Positions 1 through 15,149 of a stretch of 64,000 bases of DNA are shown here, piece after piece (position 1 is the first letter of the stretch; every line of letters begins with the position of its first letter). A program made the position numbers and the translations under genes. This DNA is from Octopus sinensis (taxonomy: Eukaryota). The stretch lies in assembly GCF_006345805.1 (NCBI RefSeq), contig NC_043016.1, positions 24,428,001-24,492,000 on the forward strand. The letters run 5' to 3'. The notes below the pieces were generated by a model, which ran no database searches, had not been told where the DNA came from, and saw only the letters and a list, made by a program, of their open reading frames with translations.

Positions 1-313
1 CTTTTCCCTGCTTGCCAGGTGTTTTCACAGAAGGCTATACAACAATGACAGTTGCTTACAACCATCCCATAATATCAAGACAAGAAGGCACACAATTGTG
101 TGTACGTATGTGTACACATATAAATGACAGGATTCTTCCAGTTTCCATCTACCAAAACCACTCACAAGGCTTTAGTTGGCCTGAGGCTATAGCAGAAGAC
201 ACTTGCTCACAGGACCACACAGTAGGACTGAACGTAAACCATGTGACTGGGAAGTAAATCTCTTAACCACACAGCCATGCATGTGATGGTATTATTTATA
301 GATAATTATTTTA

Positions 314-550
314 AGGCAGCGAGCTGGCAGAAACGTTAGCATGCCGGGCGAAATGCGTAGCCGTATTTCATCTGCCGTTACGTTCTGAGTTCAAATTCCG
401 CAGAGGTCGACTTTGCCTTTCATCCTTTCGGGGTTGATTAAATAAGTACCAGTTACGCACTGGGGTCAATATAATCAACTTAATCCGTGTGTCTGTCCTT
501 GTTTGTCCTCTCTGTGTTCAGCCCCTTGTGGGTAGTAAAGAAATAGGTAT
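314..550 (+). mobile_element. tRNA-derived SINE, family A (AGGCGGCGAGCTGGCAG...)
   Basis: A-box-like TGGCAGAAACG and B-box-like GAGTTCAAATTCC; near-identical copies at 41392, 48923 and 59870; flanking 16-bp direct repeat ggtattatttatagat (288-303, 546-561). Confidence 0.9.
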
Positions 551-1079
551 TATTTATAGATGAGAAACTACAGCAATGACCCAAAAGCCAAGGGTTTTGT
601 GCCAGAGTACTTAAATACTCTAGCATGAAACTTTAAGTCCTTGAGTCACTGATGTAGCTTTTCAACTGTGAAACAATATAAACATTGTACATAATGAATT
701 CAATTTCTTCATGTTTGTATATCCCATCAAACACACACATGCACCTATGACAATGTCAAAATTTAATACTAATCATTCAGCTATACAGTTATCACTAGCA
801 TTAGGCCTTCTCTCAAGTTATCAGTAGTAAAGGTTTTACTTTGTGACTTTGGGGGTCTTTTATCACTTCATACACTTATCTACTGTCACCAAAGCTAATA
901 CTAGTATTAGTTTGCTAAATATCAATTAATTTAATAAAATGACAAAAGTCCTGATTAACTCACATTATACAATAATATAGCCTAATGTAATTATAAATCA
1001 CTAATGCGGGAAAGGTGTTGGAATAAATTCCATTAAACATACAATATATAGTGGTAAGTTCATTGAAAATGTAAAGATG

Positions 1080-1590
1080 TGAGAGGGTTATTTATTGATG
1101 TGATAGCTACAATTAAACGTTGTGGGAAGCTACAGATGGAGGGAATCTTGAGCTGGATTATGGAAATGGTATGAAGATAGGTGTGAAAACATTTATAAGG
1201 GAGGTATGCTGAATAGAGAAGATGGATTGAAATGAATTTAATGTTAGACAGCATGCGAGGCACACAGAAGTTGCAGGAATTAAATAGCATGTAAATGAGG
1301 AGCATGTCACTGAAACTAAGTGAAATGGGTATGTTCCATGTGTGAGAGGTACTATGATTTACAGGCATGAGATATGGGGGATGAACTCGTAATGGCTGGA
1401 AAGAATAGAAATGAAAATGGTTCAGTGAATAAGAGAGACAAGCCAAACAATCAATTACAGAGAATGATGGGAATAGAGTGAGTGATAGATGTAAAGTTAA
1501 ATGGGATGACATGGCTAGGTCATGTGCTGAGGAAGATGAAAGCAATGTAAATGAATGTAATAAGTAAAAGTGGAAGACCAAGACTAAAGG
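1080..1590 (+). mobile_element. Degraded RTE-clade LINE, RT C-terminal region
   Basis: Broken frame YVPCVRGTMIYRHEIW...WLERIEMKMV, resembling the RTE CVRxxMLYGSETW...LERxEM motif; many stops. Confidence 0.7.
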
Positions 1591-4500
1591 TAAAAGGAAA
1601 TGAGAGCAAGGGCATTGATAAGGGAGTATGTAGAGGATAGGTAAATATGGAGAAGACTGTCACACTCCTCATTCACTCTCAAGGTTAACTCCAACTTTAG
1701 CAACATGTTTTGTAATATGAACTTAATTAAAACGATCTCAGTTAAATCAATTAATTGAATCCAAAAATTATTAGAACAATTAGTATTGTAATAATTCAGC
1801 ATAAAAAAAAAAGAGCACAACTGTTATAACTACAAAAAAAAATTAATCTTTTATTTCTAATTTGTTTGCATATTTAATTGCTCTATCAGTTTAAAAATTA
1901 AGCACTCAAAAATATATCTTCCCAAAATAATTTCAAATAATGTATGAAGAACTTGTTACATATTCAGCTAGACTATAATTAACCCAAGTGTTTTTTTTAC
2001 AACTTTATCAGTGGATTATCAAAATGTAGGAAAATCTTCAGCAAATTGAACAGATCTATTAAATCTAAGATTTATCTTCACTAGGTTATACAGATGTCTA
2101 ACTCACTACTCTAAGGTGTGATTACATCTAATTAACCAAGTTGCATTCCCCAGTAATTTAAAAAACTTTCCGTTACTAAAGAGCTATATATAGATTATAC
2201 TTGATACATAATCTCTATATGAAGAATGAAATACACTTTCATGAGGCACTTTATAGGTTACCATTTTTTATGTGCATGAAAATGATAAAAAATTAAGCTA
2301 TCTTTCCAGAAGTCAAAAACCAAAAAATTTTTAACAACCTCATTTTAGATTATTTTTACTTCTTTTTTTTAATATTTATATTTCTTTTACACCAATCATT
2401 ACTTTTTTTTTCCCCACCAATGTTTTGTATTGGTACTCATTTTTCAGATTGGCAGACTAGATCACAAAAGTTATGGCAACATTAGAACTGATGAACTATT
2501 GAGGAGTATATTGCTAAAAATCTTACAATATTCTCATATGTTAACTCTAAACCTTCCAAGTTCCAATCCAACACATTGGACAAACAACTTCAGTAAAATA
2601 TTTTTTGCTGAAAAAATTTGAATATGAAAAATATTTTTCTATCTCAAGACAAATGTCAAATTTACATGCAGTTAATATCATTGTGAAATCAGATAAACAT
2701 TAATGTTAAAACTAATTAACTGATAAACAACTCGAGTTTTGCAAATATTATCAGTTTAGCTAGTTATTTCTTTCTTTTTACTAAGCAGCTGACAATAACG
2801 GAGCAATTCCCACCAATTTGAGATTTTCAACTGGACTGATTACCAATTTCTTGTCATGGAAACAAGCAGAATTGATCAAGAGATATAATGAACGTTATGT
2901 ATATGAAAATTTATTGTTGACATAGCCATAGAAATATACTGCTTAGAGATAAAGCAAACGTCAATAACTTTAGTTTTAAATGTCTAATGAGCATTATTTT
3001 GAAAACCTCCAACATATTTACTTCCCAATAAACATATTTTATAAGAAAAATAAAACTGAAACGTCAAAGGACAAGTTCCAACACAATGTTGAGTTCAAGT
3101 GAGGAAAGATAAATATATGAGATTAACACTAAAAACTGAATTTATGATAGGAAACAAAATTAGAATAGACACACACTAATTGTTCCTATGATTAACTGAT
3201 AATTTAATACAGAGTTTCTCAAAGATTTTTAACTATTGCTCCTTTTCTTTTTATAACACTTTCTCAAACCCAGCCTCATTGCTTATGATTCAACAAAATT
3301 AAATTCAGCAGAAAAAAGCTTCTGACAGGTTGATCACGGAAAACAAAAATATGACTTAGAATATCAAAACAACATTTCAAGCACTAATATTACCAGATGA
3401 TTCATACACTAAAACCTGAAAATATTTTTGAAAATTAAGATAATTAAAAAATGTATCTACTGCACCATGCATGCACCACACTGCCTTTGTCCTCAATATA
3501 AAACTTACAACTGTTTCGGATAGAAAAAAAAAATCATTACAAGAATAAACCACCCAAAATTTTAATGTAGAAGGAATATGATTGTAATGCTTTGAAAGAG
3601 AACAAAGAGTGATGTAAATTTACAATTATTATAAAACACCTACAGAAACATTTAAAACATGTCTACCAGAAAGACATCTTTTCTCAATTAGCACAGAAAT
3701 ATGACAATAACATTGAAAAAAAAATTTATTTTTTTTATAACCAGGAAGCAAATTCACTAAAAGGCTGTAAATACAGCATGTTTTGATTTTAAAAAATCTG
3801 AAAAGATACAAATATAAAATATAAACATCAGAAGATGACAAAAACCAAATCCCCATGATGGGAAAAAAATTACCTCAACAAACTAAAAAAGCTGGAAGTT
3901 TAGAGAGAAAAAAAATTTAGATATATTAAAAAAAGATATAAAATGGGGAAATTTAGCAAATGTAAATCAAGAAAATTACAATGAAAATACTAACATATGT
4001 ACTGAACTTGATAAAAGGGATATATCATCTACAGCCTTTGCAAAACTATGAGTCAATATTGATGTTCTACTTAAACTTCTACAGATTAATTTCTTAAGAG
4101 GCTATTATGAACAAAGATGATGTTCAGAATTGCATGTCTGAAGAGAGTGAATTGGATAAGTGCTTAGTACATAGTCTAGAAGACAGACATTGATACAGAA
4201 AGAGAAACCATTTACGGAGTGAAGTAGTAGTACATCAGTGAGATAGTGGTTGGAGCACGTTGGGATGAGAAGAGAGCAAGAGGTTATCCATCTCATATGC
4301 AGGCAGTCATCTTAAGTAGTAATCCATATGTAGTAACTGTTTTGTTACTGGTGAATATGTTCTCAAGTCCCAATGTTTTTAAATATGTCTGTTATATACA
4401 TCAGAGAAGTGGTTTACAAATAAAAAGAAGGCAAAGGATCATGAAACATTAAATAAAGAGACAGTTACAGAGAGGAATGTCAAAATATTCTAAAATTATC

Positions 4501-6549
4501 CTTGCTCACAAAGTTGATCCAAAGTAGTAACTATCAAGCTTTAAACTAAAAGACAGACAAGTCTGTTGAGGACATTCTTATCATACCATACAATTTTTAA
4601 AACCCATAACCATTTCTTTTAAAAGTCACTATGAAATGAATTTCTATAAAGCATTTAGAATCAAAATCATAATTCAATCATCAGAAAATATATTTTGGAC
4701 TGCCTTCTCCACCAGACATTTTGTAACATTAAATTAAATAGACATGAGTTTATAGCCAAATAAATTGAAGTACTTTATCCAAAGCAAACAATATTTATCA
4801 TAGACACAATGCTAGAAAGGAGGGGCTAGTTAATCAAGTCAACCTCAATATTTGGTTGGTACTTTATTTTATCAAGACGTCATCCCATCCCAAGAATGAA
4901 AGTTGGCCGCATAAGGACATAAACTAAGAGTCAGAAATACTTAAGTTGAAATTTAAAGATATTTCTCTCTAAACTTGTTTTTTCTTATGGAAGAAACTGG
5001 ACCCAACTACAGTCTTATAGATGACATCAAACTGATTAATTCCTTCTTAATTTTTTACATATTGAAATATTCCAGGTGATAATTGCTTAAAGAAAATGTC
5101 CATTGGAACAAAGACAAAAAAAGTTTATGGTCTCACACTAGATGAAAGTTTGTTTTGTTTTTTTTTGTATACTCACTATAATGGATATTAGGAACCTATT
5201 CAGTATTTTCAACTCCTGGATTACAGATTAACCCTTTGATGATCCCAGATGTTTCCAGTATCATAACTAGAATGATATATTAATGTGGATGAAAGAAAAC
5301 CATCAGTACACCAATAACAAAGGAAAATGATTAGCCAATGACAAAGGGAGGGTGAGGCACGAAAGGCCAAAAACATTTCTGGCATTATAAGGATGGAAGC
5401 AAACACTGGGTACAGCTGTACTTTTAATTTTTTATGCAAGAAAGAAAGTGGTAGAAGTCAGCATGTCCTAAAGGAGGTGTGATCTGAAAATTATTACTTC
5501 ACACCATAACAAAGGCCATATATTTTTGACCAGTAGTTCAGTTTGATCAAAATTTGAAGGCTTAGAAGCTGTGAAAAGAGATGTATCAAACTGATTGCTA
5601 ATAGAAAAAAACTGTCACTGGATGGAGGAGAAACACATACACACAAAGATTAAATAAATTGCAGAAAGGAAATTTACTAGCAACCACACGCAGAAACAAG
5701 GAGCAAATTAATTATTTATCCATTTGTGCTCAACTACATGCAGATGGAAATGGCAGACCATTTGTAAACCTCATTTACAACAATGGAGGTGATGAAGATC
5801 AGATTAACAAGATGAATTATTACACAGCTGTTAGACTGAGTAATATGTGGCAGTAATACCTAGTTAGATAAATAGTGGACATAATTCTTTTAAAATTGTG
5901 AGGTTAAAAAGCAATGCAACATCTGCAGTTCTGAGTAAATGTATAATGCAATTAAGGACAGATTATTCAAAAAATAAGTATCTGCTGGAAAAAAGGCAAA
6001 ACCCCACCGTAAGTTCTAACCCTCTAAATTGAGCTAATCTGAATACAGGTGAGAATGTCCAATCAGTAAAGGAATGTTCCCCCAGTAGGCAACCAACTGA
6101 ATCATCATCATCATTTAATGTCTACCTGCCATGTTAGCAGCAGTCAAATGGTTTGACAGGAGCTGGCTACACAGAGGCCTGCACCAGACTTCTGCGTTTT
6201 GATATGGTTTTTACAGCTGGATGCCCTTCCTAACTCCAACTGCCCAGAAGGGTGGACAGAGTGCTTTTTATATGGCATAAGCACAGGCAGCGTCAGTTTT
6301 GGCATGGTTTTTACGGTTGGATGCCCTTTCAAATGTCATCCATTTTACAGTGTGGACTGGATGCTTTTTCTGTGGCACTAAATACTGGCAGGATCATCAA
6401 GTAACATGCAAGATAAAGATCCTTTGAGAGAGGAGGCATTAGAGGAGGTGATCTTGTGTGAGATGATGAAAAAAGAAAGGTTCAAGTGTGACAGAGAAAG
6501 AAAAGCAGAAACAGATGTCTTGCTGTAGAGGAGACACATGGTTACCTGG

Positions 6550-6598
<49 letters not shown>

Positions 6599-7354
6599 GG
6601 AAGTGAAAGATCAGGAATGAGGAAAGAAACAGGTGTGCTGCTGTAAAGGAGATATATGGCTATCCACCCTAGGGGAAGAGCAAGAGAAAGAGAGAGTGGA
6701 AGACAGAAGAGTGCAGGAAAGAGATGATGGCATAGTACCAGGGCATACTCACAAGGAACGGGGATCAGAATAAAAATGGGATGGAAGGGAAAAGGATCCA
6801 ATTTGTATGCTGATTACGTCATGCTGAGTGGGATGCATTACAACTTTGTATGAAATATCAATTTTTATATATAATTTAAATCTTAAAATTTACCTTGTTT
6901 TCATTTTTTTTTTCTTTTGTTATTTTATTAATTTCACCTGTTAATTTATCTCTAAGTGGTAAATTCTGCTAAATCTCTTCATTATTGCACCTATGTATAT
7001 ATGTATAAGTGAATTTATTTCTTTTTATAGTTTTCTTCCAACATTGATAACTTCAGTAATTCATAATAAACATTAATTACAAGGCAACTTCACTATATGG
7101 TGACATCATGAAAAAGAAAAACAGTGAAGTAGTTGATAAATCAAATCAAACAATGACAACACAGGGTTTAGGAGAGCTCTTCAAACCCTCCAATGATAAG
7201 AACTACAGTGTGCTAGAAAGAAAACAAAAATCACTCAGGACACTCTTAAGCAGTTAATGTTAAGGGGGGTATCTAGCTGTATAATCATGCCAAAATTTAA
7301 GTCATAAATTGTTTTATGTAACGAGTTAAGTTCACAAATTTTTTACTATTTAAC

Positions 7355-7690
7355 TGAAATTTATTGTTGTTTAGTCAGTCACCAGACTGCACCTAGCCGG
7401 GGCACCATCCTGGACAGTTAATCAAATTACCCTCAGTACTTTCTTTTTAAGTTTGGTACCTATTCAATCAATCTCTGTCAAATTGTAAATTGCAGGGCCA
7501 TATACAAACCAACACTGGTTGTCAAGCAACAGTGAGGGAGAGACAAATACAAAGACACAAGCTTCCACATAGTTTCTGTCTACCAAATTCACTCACAAGG
7601 CGATGGTTGTCCCAAGGTACTGTGCAATAAGATCGAACCCAAAACCACACTATTGCAAAGTTTCTTAATTACACAGTCATAACTCTGCCA
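7355..7690 (-). mobile_element. CORE-type SINE family B copy, diverged
   Basis: Shares ctaccaaattcactcacaaggc and cttaattacacag motifs with 44335-44760. Confidence 0.7.
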
Positions 7691-10499
7691 GACATGTATT
7701 TTAGTTAGAAATATAGTAACAAAGTGTTTAACTGAGCTTGAATAGATGAAAAAGTAACTTCATGTGTAAATAAAGAAAATAAGATAATTTAAACTTGTCT
7801 CCCACCCGCAAAAGACAAAATATGCAAAATTCATATCTTGATACTGTCTTGCAGCAACACCTCATCATCACTAATTTTCTCTCCCCTGTTGCACCCCAAT
7901 CACCACCTCACCCCCATCAATCCTCTCTTCAAAAATGTGAATAACCTTATAGATCCTCTGACCCCTTCCCTCATACATTCAACCACTTTATAACATATTC
8001 TGGGTGCTGTTTTCATGTCACCAGCACTAGTGAGGTCACCATGCAGCCTGGCTGGCATTAAGAAAGGTATCCAGCTGTAGAAACCATGCCAAAGTAGACA
8101 ATGGAGCATAATGCAGTCCTTGCACCAGAGCCCAGTTGAACTGTCCGACCCATACCAGTATGGAACATGGACATTAAATGATGATGATGGGAGCCTTGTT
8201 TATACCTACTACTACCAGCCACTACAGCAGCATGATATAAGTTATCATAAGCATCAGAATGCCTGTCAAAGTGCAAGAAAAATGTCTTATCACAATCTTT
8301 GCATACTAAGTATCCTTTTAAAAATGGTATTACCAATTTTCATTATGTTAATCTATCATAATTACTGCACTGTGCAAGATAAGATTCTAAATACTGCATC
8401 TCAAGAGAAAAAAGGAAAAATGCTTATGAAGTAATAAAAATGAGAAATTCACACCTAAACCCTCTTTCCCCTCCATAGGTCCATTATATGGTTACTTGAC
8501 AGACTAGAAATAGCAGCCACATCTCCAACTCAATGATTACAAAAAAAAACTCTTTGAATAATATAGTTTTAGGAGCACTACACCTTAAAAAAATATGGAG
8601 TGGTTACAGTAACATCTACAATCATGCATACTTGCTTGGGGTTAATCAACCCACTTCATCATCATCATCATTTTTCATCTGCATTGTATGCCAGCATAGC
8701 AAGACAAGTAAGTTATCACAGACCAACTTCTTTCTTGAAGCCACTGCTATAATAGAGGAGTCAGAAAATCATCTATTATTTGTGTTTCTTTCACTTTTGG
8801 TTTGGTTTCAACAGCTAGATGCCCTTCCTAACTACAACCACTTTACACAATGTACTCAGGGTGTTTATTCATGACACCAGCACTAGAGAGGTTGTTGTGT
8901 CTTCCACAAGACACAACTAAAGAGTGTGATAGGACAGGAACAGGTATCTTGCTGTAGAGGAGAAACATGGCAAACCCAACTAGAAAAGGAGAGAAATGGT
9001 GGTGATGAGGTGTCAGGATATACCTTAAAGTTACAAGAGGATGAATGTGAGGGGGATGTAAACAGTGGAACAGGCGAGAGAGTTAGGAACAAAGAATCAA
9101 GTAAGTTTGCAAAAGTCATATGTTGTCAGTTCCTCCAGTTTTTCTCAAAATATAACATTTCATCCATCAAACCAGACAACTCATTCCTATCCAATCACAA
9201 GTTTCCCTTTTATCACTGACCATCTTCCATTGATACCACAGCATAATGCTTCTTAAAGGTTTCTACATTGACTTTCATAGTGAGGAAAAGAAAAAAACCT
9301 TTTATTATCAACAAAATGTAGACGTTCCTTATGCTTTTAGTATAATTAAATTCAAGTCACCATTCTGTTATTAACTTCAATACTAATTACACCTAATGGA
9401 ACAATAAGATTCATAAGATGTCCTTAATCTACAATCCAGTATATATGATGCATCTAAAAGCTTCTATTCCCATCACTATGCCAGAAAATCCAGAGAGCTC
9501 TCTTGCATCTACTACTGACTACACAGTACTTAGTTCCAGCTTGTTTGGGGGCTTTTCTACATCCAGACACTATCCATTTTGCTAAGTTTCAAATATTTTT
9601 ACAGATCTTCAATTTATATCCAGATTTTCAACATACAAAACTCACAAACACACACATACACACACACAATGTATTTTTAGGTGTGTTTAAATTTGTGCTT
9701 CCTCCAAATTTGCAAACTACAACTGGCAATGTCATTTCTCCAGTCAACAAAATCGTCAGCTGGGTTTGTACCTTCAAAGATATAAAATAAGAGAGTCTCA
9801 CTTGAAAATCAGGCAAGGTTAGCAACAAGTAGAGTATCTGGTTATAAAACAAGGCCTCAACAATATATTTACCTAACCCATACAGGCATGGTTGTGATAA
9901 TTTACAGTAACCATTAAAATAAATCAATTCTTTTTTAACCCAATCCGGTTTTCTGAGTCAACATCTATTTTAAGAATTTCAAAATTGTAATGAAGTACTT
10001 TATAAAACAACTTTCATTTATAAAGGTATTCATAAAATAGCTTTAAAAGTCACAAGCTTAAAAATACAGAATATTTTATAACACTAATAACTGAGTATCA
10101 AATTTTAAGCTAAAACAAAGCATAAAATGATTTTCTTGTTATAAGATGCAGATGGCCCTTGCTTTCTACATTCATTTTCTCCTTACATTTCATTAAGTCA
10201 TAGGACAAAATTTTATAATCTCCCTATTAGAAAATGAGCACCAGCTTTTGGAAATGTGGCTCAAAGACTTTTTTTTTTAATTATCAACTTTTACAAGGCA
10301 TTCTACCATATCTTTTGCCAAATTGCATGAGTTTCAAGAATCAAAGTTAGTAAATCATATACTAAAGTCAGATTGATAAAAATGACAAAAAGTAACATAA
10401 AAAAATTATTGTATATTTGAAAAAGCAGTTCAGTTGCATAAAAAAAAGGACAATATGAATTCAAACTGGTTATTTTAGCTAAACTTGTTCTTTAGTCTC

Positions 10500-10980
10500 T
10501 CCTCTTCACTCATACTATGTCTCCCTTCCTAGGCCCAACAGTAATCATTATGTCCAATCCTTCTTTGCCTTACAGATTGGTTCAAGCTGAAGTGCATCTA
10601 TCTCACTCGGCTTGTGAAGAATACCAATATAACCACTCCTTCCAGACTAAACTGTTACTAAAAAGAGATAACATTCTGGCATCAACTTGTAAATAAGAAA
10701 GCATGCATGATCTAAAACAAGCATCGACATTCCTAAAGATGCACATGAAAATCAATTTTCACATCTTTCTAATGTAGCCCGAGAGCAAACAAGGCACCCA
10801 TCCACTACCCTATTTTGAGCTATTCTTTTAATGCATTCATAAAAATTCTCGGGCTAGAGCATCACTCCTTTCACTCATTTTATTTCTATGAAGGTTTTTT
10901 TTTCTTTCATGTTTGCTTGACTACTCTTTTCAAAACATATCCAATTACCCTATCTCTCTTAATAGATGAAGGCTAGTATA
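10500..10980 (-). mobile_element. Degraded LINE fragment, RTE-like
   Basis: Minus strand ...DACFRSCML... motif; many stops. Confidence 0.5.
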
Positions 10981-12209
10981 AGCCACCTAGACATGTCTAA
11001 TTTTTTCATTATTTTAAAACTGATCAAATTATTTTTAATTCTTTGGTGGCTCTCCAGCTTTAATAGAATACATTGAGATAAATAGGACACTTCAATTTAA
11101 GGTGATAAGATGCTTCTGATAGCATAACAGAACATTATTCATAGAACTAAACATTAGAGCAGTCACACTGGAGTAAAGTCTTTAAGCATTTAGACAATCA
11201 GAACTACAACAAACTAAGAGACAAAGATAAACAGCACCAATTTTTAAGACAAATACAAGCACACAAAGCTTTTCTGCTATTCCCTTAAATGAGAAAATGA
11301 GATCCACTTGTAGTGTGTGTGTGCGTGTGTGTATGCAATATGTTACAGATGATACTGTGTTGACAACAGTGTACTCTAAGCAGTGTCACTTCACTAGTGG
11401 AGCCCATGGTTAGATGGGCAATTTGGGTTCTAGCTCAGTGCATATTGACACAGATTGACAGCTGATTAAAACTGATCCCAATATTCATCTGATATTTTAT
11501 TTAATCAACCTTGGAAGAATAAATGATAAAGCTGACCTCAGGATTTGAAATAAGAATGTAAAGAGCTAAAGAAAAATATCACAAGCCATTTTGTCAAGTG
11601 CTCGAATGATTCTACCAAACCACCACCCTAGAGAAACACTCACCAAGCTTCTGCATACTTTCTCTTTAGCAACTCTACCATTTTCCTCTCACAAAGTAAT
11701 CAGTCAAGCTGAGGTTCAAGGTGCTGTGCAGCAGACTATTTAAATCACTAAGCTTCAGCAACACAACTTCATAAAAAAATTTTTTTAATTTATACAAAAT
11801 TTTTGTTTTAGTCGGGGAAAGACTATATTTACTGAAGGGAATTATTATCATCATTATCAATTAATATCCATTTTCCATGTTAGCATAGGTTAGACATTTT
11901 GACAAGAGCTAGCAAGCCAGGACTGCACCAGATTTATTGTTTGTTTTGGCATGTTTTTTACATGCTGAATGCCCTTTACAGAGTGGAATGAGAGCTTTTC
12001 CATGGCACCAGCACTGGTGAGGTCAGCTTTGGCATGGTTTACGTGAATATAATCAAATAAATAGTACCAATGTGAATTCCATGGTGTTGCAGTATTGTTA
12101 TCATCAGCTACAAGAGACAAAATAAAAGCACTTTCTAGAGCAATTAGATGGTTAACAAACAAATGGACCAAGTTGTGAAAATAATAAAGAATTATGGTAT
12201 AACTGATCA

Positions 12210-13320
12210 AGAAGAGAGTTTGCTTTAAGTGAGATACAGTGTGGATTTGTACTAGGATAGGGTACCACTGATTTCTTCTTCATGTTGAAACAATTTACAG
12301 AAGTTCATAGTGACAAACAATCCATTATATTTAGCATTTATCAACCTGGAAAAGGCTTTTGACAAGTTACCACACACTGTAATCTGATGGGTGTTAACAA
12401 AATATGGAGTAGATGGAAGACTTCTGAGAACTATGCAAGCCATATACAGAGGCACTGTCAGAGGTGAGAGTTTGTAAGAAGTTCAGCAAGCAATTTAGCT
12501 TGTAGGTAAGTAAGTAGATAAATGTCCATCTGGGCTTAGTTCTTTCCTCCACTTCTGTTTATTATGGTTCTCAAGAAATAGCAGGAGTTTAAGACCAGCT
12601 GCTTGTGGGAAATTTTGAATAATGGCCTAGTTCTCATAGCTGAATAAGAGAGAATTCCAAATAGGAAAGCAAGAGACAAAGTAAACTGAACAAAATCAAA
12701 AGTTTTAATCAACATTAAAGACAGACTGCCATTTGGGAAATTACCATGTTGGATATGCAAAATGAATGAAGAAGCAGGAACTTTAATGTACCCAATGATA
12801 ACAATAGGTGGGCAAAAATGTAGTGAAATTACCGGCAGAGAAGTAGTGAAGGATTTTGTATGTAGTGGATCTATGTATGCGATTTGTAAAGAGAACATCC
12901 AAGAAAATTTTCCAAATGTTCAGAAGGCTCCTTATATTAGTTAATAGCATCAGTTATCTAAATAACATCAAAGAATAATCACACAAAGAACAAGGTTGAA
13001 AAATTCAGAGCTATTACCACTGCTGGCAACAAAGAGGTTATTTTTCTGAGTGAAGGGTAGATGGTCTGATTACAGTATCTGAAGTGTGATACTGCATGCT
13101 AACAAGACATGGACAGTGACGGATGCAAAGACAAGCAGATTTTGTTGAAGGTGTAATGTTTATACACAAATGAGTTGAGAGTAAAATCAAGTATGAAAGG
13201 TAAAAAAGAGAAGACTGCAATAATGCTGATAAATGCAGAGCAACTCTAGTGGAAGGAACCTGAAGCAGAGTAAGATTTGGTCTGAAAGGTGAACCTCACA
13301 AAAATGATTGTGGTGAAGTA
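12210..13320 (+). mobile_element. Degraded RTE-clade LINE reverse transcriptase
   Basis: GTTDFFFML...PLYLAFINLEKAFDKLPH...YGVDGRLLRTMQAIY; frameshifts and stops. Confidence 0.8.
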
Positions 13321-15149
13321 CTGTACTGAAGAAGACTCATTCAAGCTATGTAAACATTCAAAATATTGACAACTTTTAACTAAATCAAATCAAATCTACT
13401 TCCATCTAAATTGAATTTGCCCTAACCTACCCAACACTACACAGAAAGTTGAATGGATTTTAGATAAAACTTACTAACATCTGAATATTACTATTTTAGT
13501 GATTGAGTAAAGTACAGTTCTTTATGAAAATATATATACCTTTGTGATACTTCAGAGAAGAATATCTTTATTCAGTACTATCTTATCTGCTTATAATTCT
13601 ATGGGGGGAAAAAAGCAATCAATAAGCTATCACCTTTCAATCAATAACATGACAAACCTGAGGAGACCTACAAACAATCTCTTCTCTAGCATTTACATTA
13701 AATCAGCATAAAGCAATGAACAGCTGTTTCCAACAGCAAAACATTCTATAAATAAGGCAGTTTCATGGTGTTATTCTCATTGATAATGGAATGCTGAATG
13801 TTGCACAGGTTTTATTTCTAATATGATCACAAAGTTACAACTTTTCTTCCATCAAAATACCATTTCTGAAAAGATTTCAGTTGAATTGTCTTTTTTATAG
13901 AGATACAAAAATTCATCTTAGAGCCTGGGCAGCTCTTCAGCTGACCACCTCCTGTCAAACTGTCCAACCCATGCCAGCATGGAAAACGGACGTTAAATGA
14001 TGATGATGATGATGATGCTCATACCTGCATGTTATCCAACATCACCCTAACTTTCAAACAAATCATACCTTGTGTATTTTGTTTAAGTAATATGTATCAA
14101 GCTACATGCTGATGATGATTGAATGAGAGCCTACTATACACCTACTCTTATACTAGAGACTAGCTTAAAAGCCACACTACGTACAGACTTTTATGCTAGC
14201 TTCTGCAGAGGGCTAATTGGGCCTGTAACCCAAAACTAAAGAGAGCTAAATAGCATGACTATAATAAGTCTATAATGACTATATGCCCCAATGGTGTTTG
14301 ATCAGAGGTTAATTCTGTAATACAATCATTCTATTGTTCCAGTCCGAAGTTGAATTCCAACTGTTGGCCAGTTTGTTTCAAAGTTCTCATCTCCAACATG
14401 AAATTAATGAAGCAAATGTCATTTATCTCCCCCTTGATCTCTGACGTCATCTGACAAACACCACCAAGATGGCATGAATTAGCCAAGCTTTACCTGCTAG
14501 AAATATCTACGCAAATGCTTTTAAATCAGATCCCAATGCTAAATGTTCAAAAACCAAATGAAGGGGAGATTTTCAATCCTGGGATCATCCCCATTCCTAA
14601 AAGGTATATGCCTATGGAGAGCAAATGTAGGCTGAGATACAGGGGTCCCAGACTAACAGACAGAATTTGGCCTTTATTATTTTATAAATTGTAAATGTCG
14701 TGTACAGATGTTTAGTTAAAAAAATATAAGAGACAGACAGAAGGAGAAAAATACTGATAGGAGAGCCTTTAATACTCCATCATAACAATACATTGTGGGT
14801 GTTACAGAAGTGTTCACTTAGTGAGTCATAACCCCTTAACACAGTAAATCACAAATCAGTGAACTGGAAATACAGAGAAAACTGTTCCGTGAAAGATGCA
14901 AGTAGTATCAAGATACAAAAACCAATACCCTGTCATCTCTAATAATTGCAGCAAATATATTTTTTTTTTTAATATGGTTATTAACTTATACTCAGTGTAC
15001 TAATTTCCTATCATTTAATTTAGAATTTCTCAAAGTACCTGCTTAGAAGAGGAGCCACTTGAAGAATCATCATCACACCATCAGCCTGCTCCGCCTGAAT
15101 AATCACCACCATCACCATCACCTAACCTGCTCCACCCTCATATTGTCAC

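Noticed and set aside
1060-1581. 173-aa minus-strand ORF
   Set aside because: Antisense of a degraded RTE LINE; low-complexity L/S/F content.
2430-2621. Plus ORF containing LPSSNPT and THW, reminiscent of B56 motifs
   Set aside because: Wrong strand, wrong order, no further similarity; coincidence.
6894-6937. 44-nt exon-like segment (EINKITKEKKNENK) with AG/GT sites
   Set aside because: Open only in phase 1-to-0, incompatible with the phase-0 intron; low-complexity A-rich.
9690-9771. Minus-strand GTNPADDFVDWRNDI, resembling a lipase-3 motif, after a good acceptor
   Set aside because: Frame ends after 31 codons and no partner exons were found.
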